Shown piece after piece: positions 11,291-22,095 of a stretch of DNA of 35,740 bases. Each line of letters begins with the position of its first letter. Position 1 is the stretch's first letter. This stretch comes from Octopus bimaculoides (Eukaryota). Where the stretch lies: the NCBI RefSeq assembly GCF_001194135.2, contig NC_068991.1, positions 78,480,507-78,516,246 of the forward strand. The letters are read 5' to 3'. A model generated the notes under the pieces. It was not told where the DNA came from, did not search any database, and saw only the letters and a list, made by a program, of their open reading frames with translations. The position numbers and the translations under genes are program-made.

Positions 11291-11722
11291 GAACCACACT
11301 CTGTCTCTCTCTTTCCTGCTGTCGCCTTCTGGATGTGCTATTGAGTCAATGGTTAGGAAAGCCGAGAGAATATGTATGTTTACTGGCAACTATGTAGGCA
11401 CCTGAAACAAGTACAACTTACTCAGCCACACTCGTTCGTGGGACGGCTGGCTCTTTAAGACCATTGTTAGCACTCACAGTAATTAGCTTAAATTAGTTTA
11501 CTGTCAGCACAAAGGAATTAACAAAAGTTAGTTCACTGATTGATTTACCCATACTTGTTGACTTATTTTAAACAAACATTTGAGATATATATACTGATTA
11601 TTTTAAAGTCGGTCTATTGCTCTCGAATCGATGAAGGTAAATAAGTTGAACCTTATCAAACAAGGCTGAACAGATCAGAACATGCAATTCGTTATGTGTG
11701 TTTTATTTAAAATGATAAAAAT

Positions 11723-12083
11723 AAAAAGGCATCGAAGGAGTGATGCATATTCTCCGCGCACACAAGGATAAAATGAAATTTAATTTAATAAATTTAATTT
11801 AATAAATATATCCTCAAACAGATTCATATTTCAGCAAACTGACATCAAGAGTTATTTCCGCCCTGCTTATCGTGTACACATATGTAACAAAGACAAAAAT
11901 AATGATTCACCCGTCCGCCAGTTTTGAAGATAATCAAACCAAAATAATGAGTTCTGGCCACTCACTCAGTGAATATTTCTACCAAATGTGGTGAAAATCC
12001 GTTCAGCCGTTTTTCAGTAGTTTTGCAAACACACAAAGACGAGCGACTACAATACTTTGCTTTCGCTTACGAGCGCAGGTTAA
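11723..12083 (-). mobile_element. Helentron-associated non-autonomous element (HINE/DINE-1-like)
   Basis: Terminal hairpin CGCT-TACG-AGCG next to GGTTAA; CCAAATGTGGTGAAAATCCGTTCAGCCGTTTTT internal block; same architecture as 17221-17400 in the opposite orientation. Confidence 0.55.
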
Positions 12084-12834
12084 CAACAATTAGTCTAGTT
12101 GTGAAAACCTTTTTTGACTAAGTGGATTGATGTAGTTTGGAACCTACATAAAACTTCTTCACTATCAGTCCACTTAACTCACGTACGTTTTTCATTCATG
12201 CGACACACATTACAAAAACAATTATATACATTATGATAACATCGTTTTATTGATAAGTGACCGAAATTAATTAGGCGTTAAGTTACACATCATACTACAT
12301 AATTCAATTCCTAGGTGTAAATTTGATTAATCTTACTGTATAGGTTGTTTCAAGTTAAAAACCTTTCGTGTTCGACATGGTCGACTCTTGGATGCATCGT
12401 ATTATTTGACATCTCTTTCACAACCGCAGGCTATTTATATACTCTTTCTCATTCTTTGTTTATTTTCATCTTTACTTCGTTTCCCCATATTTCTCTATTC
12501 TATCACAAACTCTCTCTTATTCTCTTGCTTCCCCATTGTCTCTGCTAATAACGTTCTCTATTAATAGCATTGTCTGTGTACTTTGTAAAATATACAATCT
12601 CCCACACAAGTATAGACAGAGTGCTATGAAGATATTTGACGATTCGTTTACCATAATCTTTGTATTAGACTTAGCAGCGCAGTTTAGAAAAGATGTGAGC
12701 AATAGGTCAGGGAAGAAAATCAGCTTCTCACAAACTGATGTCAGTAATTCTAAGACAAACTATGAACTGTCTCCATAGAAATAAATCTGGTAATTCATAC
12801 ATCTGTTCATGTCAGTTCATTCTCGCCAACCAAC

Positions 12835-13050
12835 AGGGGGACGCTTCTATGAGGTTGTTTAGCCTGAAGGAAACTGGCTAAATCTCCTTCAGATCATATA
12901 ACAAAGTGTCTCAAAAAAGAAAAAAAAAGGTACACTGGATAATGTAGTCGCGGGTGAATTATGACAGAAAAAAAATTGATAGCGACAGAAGAGAAGACTT
13001 TGATCATAGGTCTACACGATCAAAGATGGCCTGGGGTTAAACAAGAGACA
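12835..13050 (+). repeat. Unclassified dispersed repeat (family D), copy 2
   Basis: See 3620-3790; ends GATCATAGGTCT...CCTGGGGTTAAACAA. Confidence 0.5.
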
Positions 13051-13110
13051 TTTCATAAGTTAATGGCCTCCCAACGCATGCATGTATACACACATATAAA
13101 ATAAAATAAA

Positions 13111-13337
13111 TGTTTCCTTCTCGAGCCATGCCAGTCTCATGAGGGCCGGTGTATATATTCCCCACCTAGTTGGGACGCCGATCCATCACAGGGTTACTCA
13201 TGTATGCCTGAGTGGACTGGAGCAACGTGAAATGAAGTGTCTTGCTCAAGAACACAACGCGTCGCCTGGTGCAGGAATGGAAACCACAAACGTACGACCA
13301 TGAGTCCAACACCGTAACCACTAAGCCACACGCCTCC
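13111..13337 (-). mobile_element. Family-C tRNA-derived SINE, near full length
   Basis: Minus strand: A-box TGGCTTAGTGG, B-box-like GGTTTCCATTCC, CORE-like GTTCTTGAGCAAGACACTTCATTTCAC, V-domain-like CCCTGTGATGGATCGGCGTCCC, (TTTTA)n tail. Confidence 0.85.
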
Positions 13338-13363
13338 ACACACGCACGCACACATTCTTTTAT

Positions 13364-13575
13364 TCTTTTACTTGTTTCAGTCATTTGACTGCGGCCATGC
13401 TGGAGCACCGCCTTTAGTCGAACAAATCGACCCCAGGACTTTGTAAGCGTAGTAATTTTTNNNNNNNNNNNNNNNNNNNNNNNNNNNNNNNNNNNNNNNN
13501 NNNNNNNNNNNNNNNNNNNNNNNNNNNNNNNNNNNNNNNNNNNNNNNNNNNNNNNNNNNNNNNNNNNNNNNNNNN

Positions 13576-13607
<32 letters not shown>

Positions 13608-13762
13608 GAAGGGCTTCTTTCAGTTTCCGTCTACCAAATCCACTCACAAGTCTTTGGTCGTCCCGAGGCTATAGTAGAAGACTCTTGCTCAAGGTGCCAC
13701 GCAGGGGGACTGAACCCGGAACCATGTAGCTGGGAAGCAAGCTTCTTACCACGCCTACGCCT
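13364..13762 (-). mobile_element. Family-A SINE with internal (TA)n and gap
   Basis: Reverse complement of the 6619-7338 head and tail; B-box GGGTTCAGTCCC. Confidence 0.9.
13461..13575. other. Assembly gap (N run)
   Basis: N bases. Confidence 1.
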
Positions 13763-14532
13763 ATATACACACACACAATTGAAAATGACGTATGCTGTGG
13801 GCGGTTAAATGTCACTGGAGCATCTAGTGACAGCATCAAGTTGATCCTTGCAGAACATACCTGCTGGCACATGTATTCCATGAATATATTCAATACCGCA
13901 ATACTGCGCTGGAGATGCAATATGCAATGTTATGAATGTGATGACGTTAGAGTTCAATGAAGGCGACAGAAAGCAATGTCTTTATTTGATATTGTATATT
14001 GAATTTACTCGTGTGAAATCATATTGATATGATTCGATTGAGATGCGTAGGAAGTGTATTTTGGTAGCTGCAAGTTGCTTCGTGTTTTACTTTAGCAGGA
14101 TTTGAGAGGAACGCTTTGGCTCATACAGTATAACATGAAATGGCATGATGTTCTGCAGCGTACACACGCATATGTGTGTGTGTTTGCGATGTATATATGT
14201 TAATATATATCTGCGTGTGTGTGTACATACACAAACACACAGGTATAAACGCGCGCTCACACACATATATACACACATATATACACACACACACATATAT
14301 ACATACATGTGTATATTAGTTTATGTATATATTAATATTATCTCAGTTTTTAAAAAAAACCTTTGACAATGTAAATATGTTAATAGTTACCAGAGGTAGC
14401 AAAATTACACTAAAAAACCAAGATATCACAGGCGTTTTATAGGTAGAGATACCAAGTTAAAGTGATACATTTTGAGAAGATATGAATAATAACAATAAAT
14501 GGAGCAAAACGCATATAAATAAAAGTTCCTTT

Positions 14533-14623
14533 AATTCCTACACATGTTTCAAAATATATGAGAGCTCTTCTACAAAGAAGTAAGAGCTGTTGGAATTCCA
14601 CATACATTCATCTTCAGGGAATT
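14533..14623 (-). ncRNA. Type I hammerhead ribozyme with long stem II
   Basis: RNA: AAUUCC CUGAAGA U [60-nt region incl. that U forming a branched stem II] GAA ACAUGUGU A GGAAUU. Complete core, perfect 6-bp stem I, GUA cleavage triplet. Confidence 0.7.
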
Positions 14624-14747
14624 TCAGGGAATCAACATATAAAAGCAAGACAAATGCGAAATGATGAGGTAACTTACGAGCTAAGATATGTACATAATTA
14701 TAGGTATGTATATATATGCTTATACATATATAGATATATATCTTTCA

Positions 14748-15128
14748 TCTTTTACTTGTTTCAGTCATTAGACTGCGGTCATGCTGGGGCACCACCTTGA
14801 AGTTTTAGTCGAATGAATGATATTTATTCCATCAGTCGCTTTTGCCGTACCGCTAGATTATGGGGACGGAAATACACCAACACAGGTTGTCAAGCAGTGG
14901 AGGAGTCAAAGACAGACACAAAGGCACATTCACACACACACACACACACACATACATACACACAAATATATACACACATACATATACGACGGGCTTATTT
15001 CAGTTTCCACTCACAAGGCTTTGGTCAGCTCGAGGCTATAGTAGAAGACGCTTGGCTAAAGTGCAACGCAGTGGGACTGAACCGGAACCATGTGGTCGGG
15101 AAGCAAGCTTCTTACCACACAACCACGC
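14748..15128 (-). mobile_element. Family-A SINE with internal (CA)n
   Basis: Reverse complement of family-A head and tail. Confidence 0.85.
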
Positions 15129-15139
15129 ATTAACTAATT

Positions 15140-16715
15140 TTCAAGGGAAAGCTCGACATTGACCAGCTTTTTGGGAAAAGTAATGTGAGTGTGGGGAGTG
15201 GAACTGACATGCGCAAATGAATTGTTGGGAAACGTAAAATACGCAGGAAGATTTCCCAGGAAGATTCGCTATCGCCACTACTCTTCAACATTGCTTTAAT
15301 CCTTCTGACAAGTGGACTGAGAAAAGTCAGGCTAGCCTATGAGTCTACCAAAACCAACGCGAGAATGAATTACCTGCTTTATACGGATAATCTAAAACTT
15401 TATGCAAAAATGAAAAAGAGCTGGATTCTCTGATCCAAACAGCAAGAGTATTCAGCAAGGATGTTGAGTGGCAGTTTCGGGTAAATGAACGTGGAGTGGA
15501 AATTAGGAAGAAAGGCCGGAAGGTAAACTCTAGTGGCATAAAATTACCACGGGGCAACATTAGATCACTGTAGAATAATGAGGGACACAAATATCTAGGT
15601 GTGCCGCAAGACGATCGAATGATGGAAGATGAAAGGAATGAAAATCTCTGAACAGTGCAAGAGGAGAATTAAGAAGGTTCTGGAATGGAGGGAACCTCAT
15701 TACGGCAGTAAATACATGAGTTATGCCAGTATCGAGACACTCTTCCCCATTTCTAAAATAGACAAATGTCGAGCTACAGAACTTGGATGGAAGAACTAGG
15801 AAGCTGCTCACAGTGCATAATGCTTGCCACCCTAAAAGTAATATCGACAGATTATATATACGAATAAAGGAAGGAGGTACAGGCAGAAGACACCGTAAAT
15901 ACTGTGATGTTGGGACTGAGAAATTATGTTGTGACTGTGTGAAGAAAGAATACTATCAGCAACTAGAGGCCCCACAAAAGTTACTGAAACAGTATGAGAG
16001 TTCAAAAGCTGATGGAAGAACAACAGATGGAAAGAAATGTAATTTCATGGGCAAATCATGCAACAAACTAATGATATTAGAAGTAAAGAACTTTGGTTCA
16101 AGACGAAAACCTGATATGAGAGACCGAAACACTGTGGAACAAGCCATTTGGAAGAATCTGATAAACGCAAATACCAACAAAATTCAATCCAACAGCAAGT
16201 GTAGAATCTGCAGGAAAGGGGACGAAAGCATCAATCAAGTCTTGAGTGATTGCAGCAAGTTAGCAGAAAAAGAGTATAAGCGCAGGCATGACTATGTCGG
16301 TAAAAGAGTGCATTGGGATGTTAGCCTAGTACATGGTTTTGAAATAACAAGAAAGTAGTATGAACAGAGGCTGTGACAGAGAATAAGACTTTTACGATCA
16401 TATGGGACTTCTCTACGAAGACTGACCATACTATTAAAGTAAGAAGACCACATATAATTATAGAGGACAAAATAAACAAACAGCGTTAGATCATTCCCAA
16501 TGGAGAAAGAGCCGATACTAGAGAAACTGGAAAGAATTGAGAAATATCAGGATCTGTCCAGAGAAGAGCTGAAGTGGAAGGCAAAAACAAGAATTGCTTG
16601 TATAGTGACTGATGCATTTGGCACAACACTCGAAATGCTACATAGTGCGCTCGGTAGTGTAGTGAAAGCACGTTATATAAATAAAACTACTGAATAATAA
16701 TAACAATGATAATAA
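15140..16715 (+). pseudogene. 5'-truncated R4/Dong-like non-LTR retrotransposon (RT, zinc knuckle, restriction-like endonuclease), degenerate
   Basis: RRKISQEDSLSPLLF (RT, GIFQGDSLSP-like), LLYTDNLKLYAK (YMDD mutated), KYLG, HPKSNIDRLYI..KEGG, CRICRKGDESINQVLSDC, RRHDYVG, IIWDF...RRPHIII (PD motif mutated), KYQDL; many frameshifts; TAA-rich 3' tract at 16694-16715. Confidence 0.9.
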
Positions 16716-17155
16716 ACAGCTTAGCACTCATACACAGTACTTTTAAATTTGCAACTTCGACTAAGGAAGCCGATAAAGTATGGTGGATACAAGTAGAAGT
16801 GTAGTAAATGAAAATATTCATTAGAGTAAAAGGACCATAATATTTGGCAGGACGTCAGCTTTGATTTGTATGCTGGATAATTATTGATATTACCGCAGTT
16901 CATTGTGGATTATTCCTTTATTCATTTAATTCATTTTAGACAACAATCTGAGATTCTGTTCTTAACATGATATTAAAGATTTCCTCTTGAATTTCAACCC
17001 TTCAGAAATAGTATCTGTGCAATTACAGTTGACACCTGATACTTCGTCTAAAGTCTGGTCTTCTAGATATGAACGTATTGAACAAACACCCTCACCCCAC
17101 CCCACAACCATATGATGTGTTATAGTGCATCTGAGCACTGTATAAAAGAAGCTAC

Positions 17156-17157
<2 letters not shown>

Positions 17158-17187
<30 letters not shown>

Positions 17188-17220
17188 CTTCTTCTTCTTC
17201 TTCTTCTTCTTCTTCTTCTT
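17158..17220. repeat. (CTT)n microsatellite
   Basis: Direct reading. Confidence 0.98.
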
Positions 17221-17400
17221 CCCTCCACCTTAGCGAAGGCAGAGGTATTGTTTTCAGCCTTGTTTGTTTGTTTGGTCCGCTGGATGGATTCGGATGAAAC
17301 TTTCAGAGATTTTTTTCCTCGTGACTGGCACGAGCTGATTAGATTTTGGGATTGATCCGGAACCGGACAAGGATTTTGGATTATTTGTTATATTTACTTT
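17221..17400 (+). mobile_element. Helentron-associated non-autonomous element end (HINE-like)
   Basis: Hairpin CCTC..CCTT-AGCG-AAGG..GAGG, then GTATTGTTTTC, (GTTT)n, GGATGGATT..GATGAAA.TTTCAG and GATTAGATTTTGGG..TGATCCGGA. Confidence 0.6.
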
Positions 17401-17769
17401 ACATGAAGTATTACGATCTTACATTGGCTTTCAAGTCTTTCTCTGATTATCTCCCTTGAAAGCACGCTCATGGCTTCCACGTAAGTTATGGCGGCGTTGC
17501 TGTTTCCAAAGTTTTATTTTCATTTCTCTGTTACTGATTTTACTCGCGTCTCTATCTTAGTAGAAACTGAGGGATAAAGAAATCAAACTGTATAAACAAA
17601 CGGCAGCAAAACGGTTGAGAAATTAGATAACACTAACCTATTCAGTAACCATAACAAATTTAATCACGCAGTTTAAACATCTGCGTGTACAGCTGGTATG
17701 GACAAGATACTCGGAGTTTGGTAGGCGTAGATAAACGTGTGTTGGCGTAGTAATTGTAGTATAATTTTA

Positions 17770-17890
17770 ATCAAAGGAATGAAATTCAAAATTATTCTCA
17801 GCGACATTCGAACTCAGAACCTAAAGGTGAACGAAATGCCGCTAAGCATTTTGTCCGACGCACCGTCGATTTAGCCAGCTCACCACCTTC
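17770..17890 (-). mobile_element. Family-B SINE 5' half
   Basis: GAACTCAGAAC...GAAATGCCGCTAAGCATTT...GCCAGCTCACCACC is the reverse complement of the B head. Confidence 0.75.
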
Positions 17891-18039
17891 AACTACCGTT
17901 AAGAATAAAAAAAAAGCGAAAATAAAAACAATTGTGCGATTATAATACCGAAAACATTGTTAATCCAAGATATTACTTCTGAGAAAGTATCTATTTCATT
18001 CTTATGTACAAAGCTTCACATTTAAGGAAGAAGAGCAAT

Positions 18040-18197
18040 TGGTTATTTCGAATCCCCTCAGTATAAACCAAGACTTATTTTATCGACCCTAAAATGTTGT
18101 AAAGTTAAATTTAGCCTCAGTGATATTGAACTCGAAATGTTAAGATTTGTAATAACATATCTTTAGTTTATATCGATTCTGTCAATTCATCACCTTC
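18040..18197 (-). mobile_element. Decayed family-B SINE
   Basis: ACTTATTTTATCGACCC, TTGAACTC and CACCTTC remnants. Confidence 0.5.
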
Positions 18198-19039
18198 AAA
18201 CACTTAAAATATTGATAGCATGCAACACAGAATTCCCATTAACAAATGTCACAGAGAGAGATTTTATCTACAAAATCTCCTTTTGGGACTTACATTTGTT
18301 TACTTTTTACAAAATGTAAAACGAAGAACTGGATATGATAATGAACCGGATCTAAGAGTGAGAAAGATACTTAAGTTCTCTCAGAAGGGATACAAAACAA
18401 TTCAATGAAGATTTTGTTTTCACAAATAACTCACAAAGGTGAGTAGATAATGATTTATTGATAATCAGCAAGTCTTACAATTATACGAGAAAGAAAACTA
18501 GTAATTGTTAGTATTTATGTCTTTTTCAAGTGCGTTAACTTACCGAGTGAATATAATCCCCGCTGGGAATTACTAGCTATATGTCATACGCCCACCGCGT
18601 TGCGAATCAAGAAAATAACATCATTTTTTAAAGTAAAAAAAAGAAGAAAGAAATGCCCACCTCCCACCACCAAATCAGCGAAAATATTAAGATAGATAGA
18701 TACGACTATCGTTTTACTCGGTAACTTCTGACAGATGCATTTGTCTTCTTGTAAGTAGCGATTGTAATTCTAAACCAAACACATAAAGCATTAGAATAAT
18801 GGATTTATTTTTGTCTCTTTAGAAGGTCTTGAATGTTCAAATAGATGCGCATGTCTGGCAAGAAAAACTTATTTCAAACATTCATGTCTGTCATCCATAT
18901 CGTAGCGGAGCTTTTAAAAGACGTTGGCTGATGTAATCGGTTGAGCGGCCGACGAATTATTTTTTTTGTCTTTAGTTATGTCAGTGGACAGTCTTACCGA
19001 GTTCAAATCACGTTGATGTCAACTTTAACTTCATATATA

Positions 19040-19146
19040 NNNNNNNNNNNNNNNNNNNNNNNNNNNNNNNNNNNNNNNNNNNNNNNNNNNNNNNNNNNNN
19101 NNNNNNNNNNNNNNNNNNNNNNNNNNNNNNNNNNNNNNNNNNNNNN
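19040..19146. other. Assembly gap (N run)
   Basis: N bases. Confidence 1.
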
Positions 19147-19263
19147 TTGAAGAGCGTAGGCTCGAAACGTAAAAGACTTTCTTACTTTCCCGAGCGCCAA
19201 ACTAATACACCTGCTTGTTGTTCATACACCTGTCTTCATCTTTTGTTTTTCTGTAAATTTCAG

Positions 19264-19268
<5 letters not shown>
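19147..19268 (+). mobile_element. Probable PLE terminal repeat with a hammerhead-like 3' half, truncated by the gap
   Basis: TTGAA-GAGC(GTAG)GCTC-GAA-ACGT-A-AAAG, then a pyrimidine-rich tail shared with 4866-4941 and (TA)n. Confidence 0.55.
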
Positions 19269-19304
<36 letters not shown>

Positions 19305-19357
19305 GAAGGTTTGAAAATGCAATTTTAAAGATGTTTATTCACTTGACCAGTTTCACC

Positions 19358-19392
19358 TTTTTAGAAAAAGATTGTCAATCTTTTTCTAAAAA
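19358..19392. repeat. Perfect 17-bp inverted repeat with 1-nt spacer
   Basis: TTTTTAGAAAAAGATTG-T-CAATCTTTTTCTAAAAA. Confidence 0.95.
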
Positions 19393-20194
19393 TTGCTGTC
19401 CATCCTCTTGGACTATGGTTAGTACGCGTACATACATATACACGTATATTCGTAGATGTATGCACGTCGTAAATGTTTAAACATCCCCTGCACACATAGC
19501 AACGTACACGTTTCACCTGTTGTAAGATATTCAGTTCTATCGTGGACCAATCGCTTGTCATTTTTTAACCTCTAAGAGAGCGATACTTCCTTCCAGGACA
19601 ACGCACGCTACAACCTACAAGAATTTCGACACCGGTGGTACACTAGATAACGTTACACAACTATCCGATCTGCCAAGATAAGTGGGAATGAAAACAAATT
19701 GCTCATTCCTACGGAGTATCACGGTATGACTTTCTGCAAAGATCTCTTTCAGGAATTGTACTTCGACGATGCCTAGTTGCTGAACCCTTGTGATGTATAT
19801 ATGCCCACACTCTTCGCAATCATCTTTCCATATGATCGTGTCTGACTATTTCCGCGCGTTAGCTTTTGACCGACACGTCTGTAAATTATTGTTCCATATG
19901 AAGTCTTTTCTGAAACTTCTGGATCCATTCTAACACATCTCTTTGTCATTTTTCCTTAGCCATTCAGCACGAGTTTTTAGATTCGTATGCTTGTCCCCTT
20001 TAGAAACCTAGACAATATTCCTAGAAACCCAAGCGAACTATTTGTTGTACTGCTGCTGCCAGTGCTTTGACCGGTCACATTTATAATGTGGTGGTGTTCG
20101 TGGCGATAGTATTTCTTTTCACCTTTGACCGTTAAAGTGATCAAGGTGCCTTTCTCATCGCCATATACTGTTTTGTTGCTTTGTCATTATTAAG

Positions 20195-22095
20195 GACAGG
20201 ACTTTGAGGCACTTAAAAAGGGGCATGTATGGCAGGCAACTATGGCACTAAAATAGGCATTTATATCACTAACAAATAGGAATTTAAACAAGTAAACATA
20301 GAAGTTATAAGGCACGTAGGAGTTTATGGTACTAGAAATTAGTATTGTGTAACGAAGAGGAAGTATTGTTTAACGAGACATGCTGATGGAATCGTAAATA
20401 TAGTCATGAAGCAAAGGTTAAGCCTGTTTATTTTTCAGTAGAAAATGTTTATAACACAGGCAATAAAATGAAATTAGTCAAAACTGAAAATATTTATTAC
20501 ATCGTTAAATAAGGTAACATAATTTTGTACTATTGGTTTATGGAATTTATAATTCATATGAAACAAAAGTTTTAATAAAGCATGTATACAGAAAAGAGAA
20601 CACCGTTTCTAAAAATAAAAATATAATAAAATTAACAAAACAATGATAAACAGCAGCAACCAAAAACGTTTATACATCACAACCATTGCTATGAGTATTG
20701 TTACAAGATGCCACTATAAGCTTTTTTACGTTTTCACAGGTCAAATTCAACGTTCGATCTAAAAGCAAATGTTTTAGCTTTGAAAAAGACCTTTCAACTT
20801 CGACCGATGTTAAAGGTGCATGGTTGAAAGATGTTACGTCACTGAACGAGAGCTTTCCAACATATTGTTGAAGAACTTTTGCAATATCGTTAATTTGTTG
20901 TAGGTCGGTATTGACATCAGCCACTTTTTGGCATTTTTTAGCCATGTGTCTCCCTCTCTCTCCGGGAGTACTCCTCACCTTTTCTATTATGCTGTCAAAC
21001 AAAGATAGAGCTTCTAGCATAGAAATGTTCCGGTTTTCTAAATCTAGTATAGTTTGTGGTAGCGTTTTAAAATGCGCAACAAGAAAGGAGAGATCGCTAT
21101 GAACACTGAAGTTACGAATAAAATCTTGGACAATACGTGTAGAGGAAGCTTCCTTACTGTTTAATGTATTAAAAAATTCCTTTAGAGTATCAAAAATTTG
21201 AGAATAATATACAACAGCGATTATCCACGTCCCCCATTTCGTTAGAACGGCTTGTGGAGGTAAACTCAGTGTTGGTGCATGTTCGCGGGAAAAGTTCACA
21301 CCTACATGGAGATTAAAAAAATATTTTAAAACCATTTGCAATCAACCTGTCAACATCTGGAAATAGTAAGCGTACTTCTTCGGCAATTCTTTGCAATCTT
21401 TGTATTAAACATGCTACATGGATCATGCGAGGAAACAGAACCTGTAATATTTTAGCAGCCTTTTTCATATAAGGTGCAGCATCTGTCACAGATAGTAACA
21501 TACTGTCATACTTGAAACCACCAATTCTCAGCAATGCTAAAGAAGAAGTGAATAATTGAGTGATAGTAGAATTATTAGTAGCAGTAAGAAATTCTGATGT
21601 TAGTAAATGCATGCTACGGCTATCGGACTTTTCTAAAGTACCTACAATAACATTCGCAAGATGTCTACCCAACGAGTCATTGGTTTCATCTATCGAAATC
21701 CAAATTTGCTTATCTCCACCAACTTCCTTGATCTTGTTCATAATTTCTGCGTAATATTTGTCTACTTAATATTTTCTAAGAGTTGATTCGTTTGGAATAC
21801 TTTTCTCAGTGTATTTCTCCAAAAATGATTTCAAACTTTTATTTGTTAATTCCCATATTGGTAAATCTGCATCAATAAAAGCCTTGCACAAATCCTGGTT
21901 GAAAAATTACGGTCCATATTCGATAAAGACGGATGAACAGAAACAGCGTCAGAACTGGATGTATTTCCTGATGATTGGTGGCTGTCAAATAACAGGCATT
22001 ATATGGGCATTTATGGCATTATATAGGCATTTGTGCATTATATAGGTATTTTTGGCACTTAAGGCGTTATAAGCATTTAAGGCAAATGTCCTGTC
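20195..22095 (-). mobile_element. hAT-type DNA transposon (DUF659/CGGBP1-like transposase) with imperfect TIRs
   Basis: Left end GACAGGACTTTG versus reverse complement of right end GACAGGACATTTG; GGCA-rich subterminal repeats; transposase pseudogene inside; no 8-bp TSD found. Confidence 0.8.
20670..21920 (-). pseudogene. hAT-like transposase pseudogene, N-terminus missing
   Basis: DLCKAFIDADLP...LEKYT..SIPNESTLRK*(TAA at 21766-21768), WISIDETND (D at 21688-21690), VTDAAPYM (D at 21481-21483), HVACLIQ (CxxH mutated), frameshift near 21310-21330, PPQAVLTKWGTW, TSVEVERSFS (E at 20793-20795). Confidence 0.88.

Noticed and set aside
12536-12778. 80-aa ORF vaguely like a GPCR C-terminal tail
   Set aside because: No NPxxY or convincing TM7, a TTG start, and no clear splice boundaries.
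13111-13337. tRNA-like A and B boxes as a tRNA gene
   Set aside because: No cloverleaf or acceptor stem; it continues into SINE body sequence present in other copies.
18570-18610. TACTAGC...CGCGTTGCG as a Helitron 5' end
   Set aside because: No matching 3' hairpin-CTAG end was found.
19540-20190. Coding-like decayed sequence left of the hAT (KTRAEWLRKND...), and Thr-rich 22100-22500 on the right; possibly one older non-LTR element split by the hAT
   Set aside because: The motif matches are ambiguous between APE endonuclease and RT N-terminus and too weak by eye; a profile search is needed.
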